Sequence record: SRR20825015_191
DNA: 64,000 nucleotides
Reading direction: 5' to 3' (one strand)
Shown: one piece after another, positions 30,691 to 41,800 of the stretch
How the letters are laid out: the number at the start of each line of letters is the position of its first letter
Position numbering within the stretch: the first letter of the stretch is position 1
The notes under the pieces: model-generated
The model's input: only the letters and a program-made list of their open reading frames with translations
Told to the model about the DNA's origin: nothing
The model's database searches: none
Translations under genes and position numbers: made by a program

Positions 30691-33423
30691 ATGGCCGAAA
30701 TCACCAAGAGTTACGAATCACGCGAAATTGAGCAAAAATGGTATGCCGCTTGGCAGGCCGCGCAGGCTTTTGCCGGAAAAGTGGACGAGGGCAAAGAGGC
30801 GTATTCGATCGTGATTCCACCGCCGAACGTGACCGGTGTGCTCACGATGGGCCATGTGCTGAACAATACTTTGCAGGATGTGCTCACCCGCCGCGCCCGA
30901 CTGGAGGGTAAATCCGCGCTCTGGCTTCCCGGCACTGATCACGCGGGAATCGCGACGCAGACCGTCGTGGAAAAGCAGCTGCGGAAGAACAAAGAGACGC
31001 GGCACGACTATGGCCGCGAAAAGTTCATCGAGAAAGTCTGGGACTGGCGCGAGGAGAAGGGCGGCATTATCCTGAAACAGCTCCAGGCGCTCGGCGCTTC
31101 CTGTGATTGGGATCGCACGCAATTTACGATGGATCCGGCCTACTCACAGGCGGTTCTCGGCGTGTTTGTTGATCTCTTTAACAAAGGCTACATTTATCGG
31201 GGCAAACGGATGGTGAACTGGTGTCCCGTTTCGATGACCGCACTTTCCGATGAGGAAGTAATCATGAAACCCTCGAAAGGTTTCATGTATGTGGTGCGCT
31301 ACGAGCTGGTTGATACTCCCGGTCAATTCATCACGGTAAAAACGACGCGTCCGGAAACGATAGCCGGTGACGTGGCGATCGCCGTGCATCCCGAGGATCC
31401 GCGCTACACGGCTCTGATTGGGAAAAAAGTGCGCCGGCCGATTGGTCCTGCCGCGGAGATCCCGATTATCGCGGATGCCGAGGTGGACAAAGAATTTGGT
31501 TCGGGCGCGCTCAAGATCACGCCGGCGCATGACAAGGTGGATTACGATATCGGCCAGCGCCACGGCTTGGAAGCGATCGATACGCTTGATGCCAATGGCA
31601 CGTTGAATGCCTCCGCGGGTCCGGAGCTCGCGGGCCTGGATCGTTTTGCCGGTCGCAAGAAAGCGGCGGAATTACTTGAGGAAAGCGGCGCGCTGGTGGA
31701 AGCGGAACCCTACGAAAACAATGTCGGCTATTCCGAACGCGCCGATGTGCCGATCGAACCACGTCTGACCTGGCAGTGGTGGTTGAAGTATCCACGCGTC
31801 GAAGAGGCCAAGCAGGTCGTTCGGGATGGTCACATCAAGTTTTACCCGGAACGCTGGTCGAAGGTTTACCTGCACTGGCTGGATAACCTGCAGGATTGGT
31901 GTATCAGTCGCCAATTGTGGTGGGGGCATCGCATTCCCGTGTGGTATCGCAAGGGGCTCGATGTTGAAGCGTTGACCGAAGAGGAACTGCGCGATCCGGA
32001 GAAGCTTCACGTCTCGCTGGAAGGCCCGGCCGATCCGGAAAACTGGGTGCAGGAAGGCGATGTGCTCGACACGTGGTTTAGTTCCTGGCTCTGGCCTTTC
32101 GCGACGATGGGCTGGCCCGATAAGGAGGCGATGAAAGCCTCCGGATTCGAGACGTTCTATCCGACCTCCACACTCGTGACCGGACCGGATATTATTTTCT
32201 TCTGGGTGGCCCGCATGATTATGGCGGGTCTGGAATACACGCGCCCCGGTGAATCGGTGGAGCAGCGGATTCCGTTTAAGAACGTCTATTTCACCGGCAT
32301 CATTCGGGATGCCTCGGGCCGCAAGATGTCGAAATCGCTCGGCAACTCACCCGATCCTCTCGACCTGATCGCGAAATATGGGGCCGACGGATTACGTTTC
32401 GGCATCATCTCCATTGCACCTCAGGGGCAGGATATTCGTTTCCAGGAAGATCGCATCGAGACGGGTAAAAATTTCAGCAACAAGCTGTGGAACGCCTGTC
32501 GTTTCCGACAGATGAGCGGTCCGATGAGTGATAACAGCTCCTTGGCTGCCATCCTTACCCGACTGACGCCGGCGCAATTCGATGCGGATGATCACGCGAT
32601 CCTCGATCGCCTGCTGCGCACGACTCAGGAAGTGGATCGCTGTTTCGCCGAATTCGAATTTTCTCCGGCGGTGCAGGCGCTCTATGGTTTCTTCTGGAAT
32701 GATTTTTGCGATTGGTATGTGGAAGTGTCCAAAGCGAAGCTACAGGATGAATCCACCAAGGATAATTGCCTCGCGTTGCAGGATTTGGTGCTGCGGCAGA
32801 CCCTGATGCTCTTACATCCGTTTATCCCGTTTATTACCGAGGAGCTCTGGACCCAACTCGGCTATGCCGGCGATTCGCAGTTTATCGAAGAGTCACGGAT
32901 TGAACACGCCAAGGACATCGAGGCCACTTTCAAGGGAATCGACCTGACGGTGGATCGTGATGCGGCGCAGTCGGTGGAGAAACTTAAGGGTTTTGTCTCT
33001 TCGGCTCGCACGCTTAAGGCAGAACGGGGCCTCGCCTCGCGGCGCGATACACGATTCCTGATCAAGGCCGATGATACGGAGTGGGAGATCGTGGGCGGTA
33101 ATCTGTCCAAAATTACTCGTATGATTGGTGCAGAAGAAGTGGTGCGTCAGGACAACGTGGAAGGTGCTCCCGCCGTGGTGACCCCGCTCGGCACGCTCGC
33201 TCTCGACCTTGCTGCGAATCTCGATGTCGGCGCGGAAAAAGAACGCCTCAGCAAAGAACTCACGGCGCTCGCAAAACATATTGCTGGCACAAGGGCGCGT
33301 CTCGGCAACAAAGCGTTTACCGATAAGGCTCCGCCTGCGGTGGTCGAGGGGGCGCAGAAGCAGTTGGCCGACCAGGTAGCCAAACACGAAGAGCTCGAAC
33401 GCTTGCTGAAAGCCTTGGGTTGA
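30691..33423 (+). CDS. valS: Valine--tRNA ligase
   Basis: PPPNVTG.LTMGH, DWCISRQLWWGH, KMSKS, C-terminal coiled coil. Confidence 0.98.
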   Translation: MAEITKSYESREIEQKWYAAWQAAQAFAGKVDEGKEAYSIVIPPPNVTGVLTMGHVLNNTLQDVLTRRARLEGKSALWLPGTDHAGIATQTVVEKQLRKNKETRHDYGREKFIEKVWDWREEKGGIILKQLQALGASCDWDRTQFTMDPAYSQAVLGVFVDLFNKGYIYRGKRMVNWCPVSMTALSDEEVIMKPSKGFMYVVRYELVDTPGQFITVKTTRPETIAGDVAIAVHPEDPRYTALIGKKVRRPIGPAAEIPIIADAEVDKEFGSGALKITPAHDKVDYDIGQRHGLEAIDTLDANGTLNASAGPELAGLDRFAGRKKAAELLEESGALVEAEPYENNVGYSERADVPIEPRLTWQWWLKYPRVEEAKQVVRDGHIKFYPERWSKVYLHWLDNLQDWCISRQLWWGHRIPVWYRKGLDVEALTEEELRDPEKLHVSLEGPADPENWVQEGDVLDTWFSSWLWPFATMGWPDKEAMKASGFETFYPTSTLVTGPDIIFFWVARMIMAGLEYTRPGESVEQRIPFKNVYFTGIIRDASGRKMSKSLGNSPDPLDLIAKYGADGLRFGIISIAPQGQDIRFQEDRIETGKNFSNKLWNACRFRQMSGPMSDNSSLAAILTRLTPAQFDADDHAILDRLLRTTQEVDRCFAEFEFSPAVQALYGFFWNDFCDWYVEVSKAKLQDESTKDNCLALQDLVLRQTLMLLHPFIPFITEELWTQLGYAGDSQFIEESRIEHAKDIEATFKGIDLTVDRDAAQSVEKLKGFVSSARTLKAERGLASRRDTRFLIKADDTEWEIVGGNLSKITRMIGAEEVVRQDNVEGAPAVVTPLGTLALDLAANLDVGAEKERLSKELTALAKHIAGTRARLGNKAFTDKAPPAVVEGAQKQLADQVAKHEELERLLKALG

Positions 33424-33437
33424 GTTTAGTGGGGAGG

Positions 33438-34001
33438 ATGTCCTCAGCTCCCAAAATTCTCGCTTTCGCCGGAAGCGCCCGGAAAGATTCTCTCAATCGC
33501 AAGCTTCTCGCCTCAGCGAGCAAGGCGGTGGAAGCCGCCGGAGGAAAGGTGACGCTTGTGGATCTCAACGAGTTTGCACTCCCGCTTTATCATGGTGATC
33601 TGGAAGAAGTGGAAGGGCTGCCCGCCAATGCGGTGAAACTCATCGAGCTCGTGCAGTCACACGCTGGTCTGCTGATCGCTTCACCTGAATACAATTCCCA
33701 GATCACCCCGCTGCTGAAGAACACGATCGATTGGCTTTCACGTGCGGATGAAAACCCATTCGAAGGCAAAGTGGCCGCAGTTGTTTCGGCTTCGCCTGGC
33801 GCCTTGGGCGGTTCGCGATCTTTGCAGCACGCGCGCCATCTGCTCTTGCATCTCGGCTGCCATGTCGTGCCGGCGCAATGCATTCTCCCTAAGGCGCACG
33901 AGGCGTTCGACGATCAGGGTGGTTTAACGAACTCACGTTCGCAAAAATCAGTAGATTCGTTGGCGAAGCAGTTAATGGATCTGGTGAGGAAATTGAGCTG
34001 A
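33438..34001 (+). CDS. NADPH-dependent FMN reductase
   Basis: [34 protein letters not shown]. Confidence 0.92.
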   Translation: MSSAPKILAFAGSARKDSLNRKLLASASKAVEAAGGKVTLVDLNEFALPLYHGDLEEVEGLPANAVKLIELVQSHAGLLIASPEYNSQITPLLKNTIDWLSRADENPFEGKVAAVVSASPGALGGSRSLQHARHLLLHLGCHVVPAQCILPKAHEAFDDQGGLTNSRSQKSVDSLAKQLMDLVRKLS

Positions 34002-34050
34002 CGATCAGTGCTTGTCGCGAGGTCCACTCTTTGACTCAGTGGTGTCTTTC

Positions 34051-35085
34051 ATGAAGAAAGCACTCATCACTGGTATCACTGGGCAGGACGGTTCGTATCT
34101 TGCGGAACTGCTGCTCGAAAAAGGTTACGAGGTTCATGGCATTATTCGCCGGGCTTCGACCTTCAACACGAGTCGGATCGATCACCTCTATCGCGATCCG
34201 CATGTGAATGGCGTGAAGCTGTTTCTTCACTACGGCGATTTGGCCGATTCGGTGCAGATGGTTAAATTGCTCTACAATCTCCAACCTGACGAAATCTATA
34301 ATCTCGGAGCGCAGTCACATGTGAGGGTTTCGTTTGATGTTCCCGAATACACCGGTGATGTGGTCGGCGTGGGCGCAGTGCGAATTCTCGAAGCGATTCG
34401 TGAGGCTGGATTGGTTGAGAAATGTCGTTACTATCAGGCTTCCTCGTCGGAAATGTTTGGTAAGGTCCAGGAAGTTCCTCAGACGGAAAATACCCCTTTC
34501 TGGCCGCGTTCGCCATACGGTTGTGCCAAAATGTATGCTCACTGGCTGACCGTGAACTACCGTGAATCCTACAACCTTCACGCGTCGAACGGCATTCTGT
34601 TTAATCACGAGAGTCCACGGCGTGGGGAGACTTTTGTAACGCGTAAAATCACGCGTGCCGCGACCCGAATCAAGATGGGGCTGCAGGAAAAACTCTACAT
34701 GGGTAATCTCGATGCGAAACGCGATTGGGGTTACGCCAAGGAATACGTCGAAATGATGTGGGTGATGCTACAGCAGGACAATCCTGACGATTACGTGGTC
34801 GCGACCAACGAAACGCATTCCGTGAAGGAATTCATTCAGGAGACTTTCGCGCTGCTCGATCTCGATTGGGAAAAATATGTCGAGTATGACAAACGCTACG
34901 AGCGGCCTTCGGAGGTTGATCTGCTGATCGGCGATCCGGCCAAAGCTAAGAAACAGCTGGGTTGGGAGCCCCAGGTGAAGTTCAAGGAACTGGTGAAAAT
35001 CATGACCGAGTCCGATCTTGAACTCGCCAAGCGTGAGGCTCAGATCGCGGCCCTTCCTGACGTTTCGCGGACACCGTTTGTATGA
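34051..35085 (+). CDS. gmd: GDP-mannose 4,6-dehydratase
   Basis: [43 protein letters not shown]. Confidence 0.98.
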   Translation: MKKALITGITGQDGSYLAELLLEKGYEVHGIIRRASTFNTSRIDHLYRDPHVNGVKLFLHYGDLADSVQMVKLLYNLQPDEIYNLGAQSHVRVSFDVPEYTGDVVGVGAVRILEAIREAGLVEKCRYYQASSSEMFGKVQEVPQTENTPFWPRSPYGCAKMYAHWLTVNYRESYNLHASNGILFNHESPRRGETFVTRKITRAATRIKMGLQEKLYMGNLDAKRDWGYAKEYVEMMWVMLQQDNPDDYVVATNETHSVKEFIQETFALLDLDWEKYVEYDKRYERPSEVDLLIGDPAKAKKQLGWEPQVKFKELVKIMTESDLELAKREAQIAALPDVSRTPFV

Positions 35086-35188
35086 TCAGCAGGAGCGAGC
35101 CTCGAGTCGCCAGTAGCGCGCCTATGGATGGGCTGGTGGGGATTGGCTTTCTACTCACGCCTCGTTACGCTCTACCCACTACTTTATC

Positions 35189-36124
35189 ATGAAACTTTTC
35201 ATAGCAGGACATAATGGAATGGTCGGCGGCGCGCTGGTGCGTCGATTTGAACGCGAAGCTGGCGTGGAACTGATCCTGCGCTCACGTGCGGAACTCGATC
35301 TTCTGGATCAAGCGGCCGTCGAGGCTTTTTACGCTGAGGAGAAGCCTGATCTGGCGATCATCGCGGCTGCGAAGGTCGGCGGTATTCACGCCAACAACAC
35401 CTATCCGGCGGATTTCCTTTTCGATAATCTGGCGATTGCGACCCATACAATTCACGGGGCTTATCGCGCCGGGGTGAAGCGGCTACTCTTTTTGGGAAGT
35501 TCGTGCATCTACCCGAAACTCGCGCCACAGCCCATGCCGGAAGACTGCTTGCTAACCGGATCGTTGGAGCCGACCAATGAAGCTTACGCGATTGCGAAGA
35601 TTACGGGCCTGAAGCTTTGTCAGGCCTACCGCAAACAACACGGCGTGATGTTTCACTCCGCGATGCCGACGAATCTCTACGGGCCGGGCGATAACTATCA
35701 TTTGGAAAACTCACATGTGATGCCGGCGCTTATCCGCAAATTTCATGAAGCGAAGGAAGCGAATCGTCCGGATGTGGCGGCTTGGGGCACGGGTTCCCCG
35801 AAACGGGAGTTTCTCCACGTCGATGATCTGGCCGATGCCTGCGCCTTCCTCCTCGAACAGGAGAGCCCGCCGGATTGGATCAATGTGGGCACCGGCACCG
35901 ATGTGACTATCAAGGAACTGACCGAGGTGGTTGCGGAAACAGTCGGTTATCCAGGTAAGATTGTCTGGGATTCGACCAAACCCGATGGCACACCGCGCAA
36001 GTTGATGGATGTTTCCAAACTCACCGATCTCGGCTGGAAAGCACGGATCGAACTCCGCGAAGGGGTTGAAAAGACCTACGCGAGCTTTCTGGCGGAAAAA
36101 GAGGCGGGAATTCTGCGCTCCTGA
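35189..36124 (+). CDS. fcl: GDP-L-fucose synthase
   Basis: GHNGMVG, AAKVGGI, GSSCIYP, YAIAK, PTNLYG, DGTPRK. Confidence 0.97.
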   Translation: MKLFIAGHNGMVGGALVRRFEREAGVELILRSRAELDLLDQAAVEAFYAEEKPDLAIIAAAKVGGIHANNTYPADFLFDNLAIATHTIHGAYRAGVKRLLFLGSSCIYPKLAPQPMPEDCLLTGSLEPTNEAYAIAKITGLKLCQAYRKQHGVMFHSAMPTNLYGPGDNYHLENSHVMPALIRKFHEAKEANRPDVAAWGTGSPKREFLHVDDLADACAFLLEQESPPDWINVGTGTDVTIKELTEVVAETVGYPGKIVWDSTKPDGTPRKLMDVSKLTDLGWKARIELREGVEKTYASFLAEKEAGILRS

Positions 36125-36174
36125 GAAATCGCGCTTGCGGCGGGCAGTGGGCTGGCAAGGTTAGTTCCTTCATT

Positions 36175-37321
36175 ATGATTCTTCCAGAGACATTCGACCA
36201 TATCGAGAACATCAAAAAGCGCGCCGGGCACTTATGGAGGTATCTTTGACTGCGAACAAAAGCAGCGTGAGATCGAAGCGATGGAAGCCCAGATGGGCGA
36301 TCCGACTTTTTGGGATAACAATGAGAAGGCGCAAAAGCACATCGCCAAACTCAATGGCCTGAAGAACACCGTGTTGCCGATTGTTGCCTTCCGAAAGAAG
36401 GTTGAGGATATCGGCGTGACGCTTGAGTTTGTCGAGATGTCCGAAGGGGCGGAGAAGGAGGGCTTCGAAAAGGAGGTCGAGACGAATACCGACGCGATGC
36501 TCGAGGAGCTCGATAAGATCGAGATCGCCTCATTCCTGACGGAGCAATTCGACGCGAATAATGCGTTTCTCTCGATTCAAGCCGGTGCCGGTGGCACCGA
36601 GTCGAATGACTGGGCGGATATGCTGTTCCGCATGTATAGCCGTTGGGCGGAACGCAGTGGTTTCGATATCGAAATCCAAGATATTCAACATGGTGAGCAA
36701 GCCGGTATCAGCAAAGTGACGATGATGCTTAAGGGCGAAAACGCCTACGGTTACGCAAAGGCGGAACGTGGTGTGCATCGCTTGGTGCGGATCAGTCCAT
36801 TCGATTCGAACAAACGCCGGCACACGTCCTTTTGCGCGGTCGACGTCGTGGCGGAAGTGGATGACGACATCGATATGGAAATCCCCGAGTCGGAGATCCG
36901 CGTGGATGTTTACCGGTCTTCCGGTAAGGGCGGCCAAGGCGTGAATACGACCGATTCGGCCGTCCGGTTAACGCATATCCCGTCCAATCTGGTGGTGGTT
37001 TGTCAAAACGAACGTTCCCAGATCAAGAATCGCGCCAGCGCTTTGAAGGTTCTCAAATCACGTCTCTACGAGAAGAAACTCGATGAGCAACGCAGTGAAA
37101 TGGAGAAGTTTTATGGCGACAAGGGTGAGATCGGCTGGGGCAGTCAGATCCGCAGCTATGTCTTTCAACCCTACCAAATGGTGAAGGATCTGCGCACGGG
37201 GGTGAGCAACGGCGATGTGCAGGGAGTGATGGACGGCGATTTGGAACCGTTCATCAACGCGTGGTTGCGGGCGGGTTGTCCGCGGCACCGGAATAAAGAT
37301 ATCCAGATGGACGATGAGTAA
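36175..37321 (+). CDS. prfB: Peptide chain release factor 2 (programmed +1 frameshift at 36244-36250)
   Basis: 24-codon [27 protein letters not shown], then GGAGG-TAT-CTT-TGA-C; the +1 frame contains SPF and GGQ. Confidence 0.97.
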
Positions 37322-37322
37322 G

Positions 37323-37426
37323 ATCGAAAGACTGAAGGCCTGAAAAGTTGAAAGGCTCAACACTTTGTCTCACGGCAAAAACGAAACAGCCATTCGACAT
37401 TTCAGTCTTTCGGATTTTCAGTCTTT
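37323..37426. repeat. Inverted octamer-repeat region
   Basis: ATCGAAAG ACTGAAGG CCTGAAAA GTTGAAAG ... TTTCAGTC TTTCGGAT TTTCAGTC TTT. Confidence 0.7.
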
Positions 37427-37434
37427 CCCAATCC

Positions 37435-38847
37435 ATGTCCGACCTCACCCACGAAACGATCAAAGCCGAGTTATCTTCGCAGACCTTGTTTGAGGATAAG
37501 ACATGGCAGCTTTCCCCTGAGGCGTGGCGGCTTACGCCAGAGCAACGCGAGGGGCTCGATCTGATTGGAGTGGCGTGTCTCGAGTTTCATCAAGCTCTGG
37601 AAACGCTTTATCTGCGCGCGGCGGCGGGAAAAAATCTCCTGCGTAACAAACCGCTGAAAGCCTCTTGGGTGGTGGATTATCTCGATCGCGGCAAACCGGC
37701 AGAGCTGATCGCGCACCAACGCGACGAACGTAATCGGGGAAAATTCCCCACGGTGCTTCGCCCGGATTTATTGTGGACGGAGGATGGCTTTGTGATGTCC
37801 GAGTTGGATTCGGTGCCGGGAGGCATCGGATTGACGGCTTTTCTGAATCGCTTGTATGGGGAGCAGGCAGGAATCGTCGGCAGTCAGGATGCGATGATCG
37901 AACTCTTCTACCAGTCGCTCAAAGCATTGAAACCGGGTGAGGCGAATCCGTTGATCGCACTGGTTGTCAGTGATGAGGCGGGGACGTATCGACCCGAGAT
38001 GCAGTGGCTCGCGGAGCAATTGCAATTGCAGGGGCGCCGGGTCTTTTGCCTGCACCCTGATGAGCTTTTCCCACTGGAAAATTCCCTCTTTTTCGATGCC
38101 GATGGCGATCCCGAGAGAGTCGATGTGATTTATCGATTCTTTGAACTCTTCGATTTGCCCAACATCGGGACGCAGCAGCATATCCTGGAGGCATGGCGAC
38201 AGGATGAGGTCGTGATTGCGCCGCCGATGCGGGCGTTTCAAGAGGAGAAACTGGCGATGGCCCTGTTTCATCATCATCTCTTGCCGGATTTTTGGTCGGA
38301 GAGCCTGAGTAAGAAATCGCGTAAACTGTTGGCAAAACTGATTCCCAAATCGTGGGTGATGGATCCTGCGCCGCTGCCTCCGGGCGCGGTGATGGACGGT
38401 CCACTGGCCGGAGGACGCGCGCTTAACGATTGGCGGGACCTGATCGGCGCCTCGCAAAAAGAGCGAGATTTGATCATCAAGATCAGCGGCTATCACGAAA
38501 CGGCATGGGGCGCACGAAGTGTGACCTTGGGGAGCGATAGCTCGCGCGACGAATGGCAGACTGGAATCGAGGACGCACTGAAGTTGGCCGAGACCAATCT
38601 GCATGTCTTACAGGAGTTTCGTAAGCCGAGCCGGGTGAAACACCGGATTTATGACCGCGAGCAACAGGTTCGCGAAGTCGAAGGTCGTTTGCGATTGTGT
38701 CCGTATTTTTTTGTTCAAAACGGGAATACGAACCTGGGCGGTGTGCTCGCCACATTCTGTCCGCCGGACAAAAAAATTATCCATGGGATGCAAGATGCTG
38801 CCTTGCTCCCGTGTAGGGTTTTCCCCTTAAGTGAGGCTCGTGCCTAG
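37435..38847 (+). CDS. Hypothetical protein with glutathionylspermidine-synthase/ATP-grasp-like motifs
   Basis: LRPDL..SELDSVPGG, IIKISG..WGARSV.LG, VLQEF. Confidence 0.55.
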   Translation: MSDLTHETIKAELSSQTLFEDKTWQLSPEAWRLTPEQREGLDLIGVACLEFHQALETLYLRAAAGKNLLRNKPLKASWVVDYLDRGKPAELIAHQRDERNRGKFPTVLRPDLLWTEDGFVMSELDSVPGGIGLTAFLNRLYGEQAGIVGSQDAMIELFYQSLKALKPGEANPLIALVVSDEAGTYRPEMQWLAEQLQLQGRRVFCLHPDELFPLENSLFFDADGDPERVDVIYRFFELFDLPNIGTQQHILEAWRQDEVVIAPPMRAFQEEKLAMALFHHHLLPDFWSESLSKKSRKLLAKLIPKSWVMDPAPLPPGAVMDGPLAGGRALNDWRDLIGASQKERDLIIKISGYHETAWGARSVTLGSDSSRDEWQTGIEDALKLAETNLHVLQEFRKPSRVKHRIYDREQQVREVEGRLRLCPYFFVQNGNTNLGGVLATFCPPDKKIIHGMQDAALLPCRVFPLSEARA

Positions 38848-38893
38848 CTCCCCAGCCGAGTATTGTCCATTCCCATCAGTGTTGCGTAAGTCC

Positions 38894-41800
38894 ATGCGGT
38901 TCATCGTCGCATGTGCGATTGTGGTATGTTGGATCGCGGAATCGGCTGCGCAGGCTCCCATCTCGGAGATTCAAGCACGGGCGTCGGCTGGTGACGTCGA
39001 AGCGCTCAATGAAATGGGTAATCGCTTGGCCAACGGCCAGGGCATCGCCCGCGATGATGCTGAGGCGATTCGATACTACACAGAGGCGGCGAAGCGTTCG
39101 TATGCTCCAGCCAATTTTAATTTGGGAATGATGCATGAGATCGGGCGGGGAGTGTCCGCTGATTTGCGTCAGGCTTTTGGATTTTATCTGCAGGCAGCCC
39201 AGCAGGGGTTTTCACCCGCGCAATTCAATGTGGGTAACATGTATGCCAGCGGGCAGGGGGTGGAGCAGGATTACTTTGAAGCGATTCTTTGGTTTCGGCA
39301 GGCCGCTGAAAATGGGGTGGTCGAGGCGCAGTATAACCTTGGTTTAGCCTATGAGGCGGGCCGTGGGGTCGGACGAGATGATGCTCAGGCTCAACGTTGG
39401 TATCGCATGGCTGCTGATCAGGGATATCCGCGGGCGGCGTATAACTTGGCACTGATGGTCGAGGAAGGCCGCGGTTCGCCGGTCAATGAAGTCGAGGCGG
39501 TGAAACTCTACCGAGGTGCCGCGGAGAAAGGGTTTGGCCCGGCGCAAAACAATTACGGGATCATGCTGGCAGAGGGCAAAGGAGGGTTGAAGGTCGATCT
39601 GGTGGAGGCGTATTTATGGTTCTGTTTGGCGGTGGATAATGGAGTTGATCCGTTGGGCCGCGACATGGTGATCGCGCATTTATCTCCTGCGCAGTTAGCA
39701 GATGCGAATGCACGTCTTGCGAGGATTAGAGGTGAGGATCCCGCGCCGATTGCATCGCGTCCGTCCGGTGCAAACACAACGACGGAAGCCGTGGACAACG
39801 ATGATCGTGCGTTGCGGGTGAAAATAGATGCGTTGGCTGCCGAGAATGCGCGACTGCAGGCCGCTTATAACAAACTGCAGATGGTGCGTGACGATCTCTC
39901 TGCGCAACTGCGTGAAAATTCTGAACTCAATTCGAAGTTGATGGCGCAAACCGAGTTGCTCACCCAGCAACTGGAAGTCAAAGCGGGAGAGACGACTGAT
40001 GTCCGGATCCAGCAACTCACCGAGACGAATCGGAGATTAAATCGCGAGGTGCGCCAATCGACGATGCAGCTCAGCAAGTTGAACCGTCTCTTAAGAATAG
40101 CTGAAACCAAATTGAGGGCGCAGCCAAACGAAGGCGATGAGACGGTTGACTCTGATGAACTCGTTACGCTGCGGGAGGAGCTGCAAGAACTCCGCGATAC
40201 CAATGCTCAGTTATCCGCTGAGAACAACCGCCTCTCCCAGAGTGGGATTTCAGCGGAGGATCTCGCGCAATGGCAGAAGCAGGTAGCGGTGGCCGAAAAG
40301 GCCGCCCAGGACGCGATTCGTCGCACTGAGGTGCTTGAAGAGGCGGTCAATACGGCTGAACAGGCGACTCAGCAAGCACTGGCGGCCCGCGATGAATTGC
40401 AAGCGAAGCTGACGTCAATGGCTTCCAATGACAGCAAGGGCGCGCAGGAAATATCTGAGATCAACGGGGTGCTGCGAAAGACGCGATCCGATTTGGTATC
40501 TGCTCGTCGGGAGACCGAGGAGATCCGGGTGCAATTACAAGCGACCCAAAGCGAGCTAAAGATTTTGGCCCGCGATAGTAAGGCGCAGCTGGAAAAGGCG
40601 ACGGCGGATGCAGAGAATGCGGCGAAGCTAGCTCGTGAGTTGGAGACTTCGAATCAACAGTTACAGTCGCAGGTCGACACGTTGACGACTCGTTTAGGTG
40701 CCTCTTCGAAAACAGGCGCTTCGAATGCGGCTGAGCTCGCCAGTGCCGAGCAAAAAGCGGCGGAAGCAGATGCTTTTGCCCGTAGCCTCGAGACGTCCAA
40801 TCGTCGTTTACTCGTGCAATTGAACGAGCTGAAGGAGTCGAAAGCGTCACTCATCGAACAACTCGAAGCCTCCTCAGAGAGTGCTCAAAAATATCGCAGG
40901 GAAGCCGAGCAATTGAGATCGGATAATGCCTCTCTGGCGGCTTATGAAAGCGCGCTTCGCTCCACTCAAAATCAGGTGCAAGTGTTGCAGAGTGAAATTA
41001 CGACGCTCAATCAGCGCTTGCGTGCGAAACAGTCCACCCAAGGGGAGATTGATCAGATTCGCGATCAATTGACCACTGAGGTGGCCTCACTCCGTGAGGC
41101 TTTGGCGGCCAAAGAAAAAGAACATGCCAATTTGTTTTCTGCAGCGACCCGGCAGGGTGAAGCTCATGAGGCTCTCCGGGCTCGCTACGATCAGGTGACC
41201 GCTCAACTGCAACAGGCTCAGGCGCAGATGACTGAGTTATCGGCCAAGAATCAACGTTTGGTGGCGAATTCCTCGCGATCGCCTGCACTGACCTCTGAAG
41301 ATCAAAAACGCTACGAAGCGGAGATTGATGAGGCGGCCCGGGTTCTGGCGGAAAAGGAAGCCGCGGTGAGCAATCTTACGGATCAGGTCGCATCGTTGCA
41401 GCAAGACTTGGAAACCTCTCGCAAAAGCGTCGCGGCGGCTCTGGCCGCGCAGGCGAAGGCGGCGGGAGCCTTGCCGAATGCGCAGGCGATGTTACTGGAA
41501 ATGCAGACCCTGCAATCACAGGTCGAGCAGCTCGAAGAGCAATTGGCACAATCGCGGGCGAGTTCGGCTGCCGAGGTGGCTCAATTGGCTGATCAATTGA
41601 GTTTGGTCACGAAGACGAACCAGTCACTGACCTCTGCCAATCGTGCCTTCCTCGAGATGAAATCATCCGAGATCGGAGCCGTGCAGAAGGAATTATCCGG
41701 AGTCCGTGAGGAGCAGGCTAAGTTGACACAGAAACTGGCCGACGCCGATAAAGTGATTTCGCGTCAGTCGGAAAGCGTGGCTGAGCTAACCGGTGCCAAT

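Noticed and set aside
36281-37321. Truncated or pseudogene prfB
   Set aside because: Explained by the canonical programmed frameshift.
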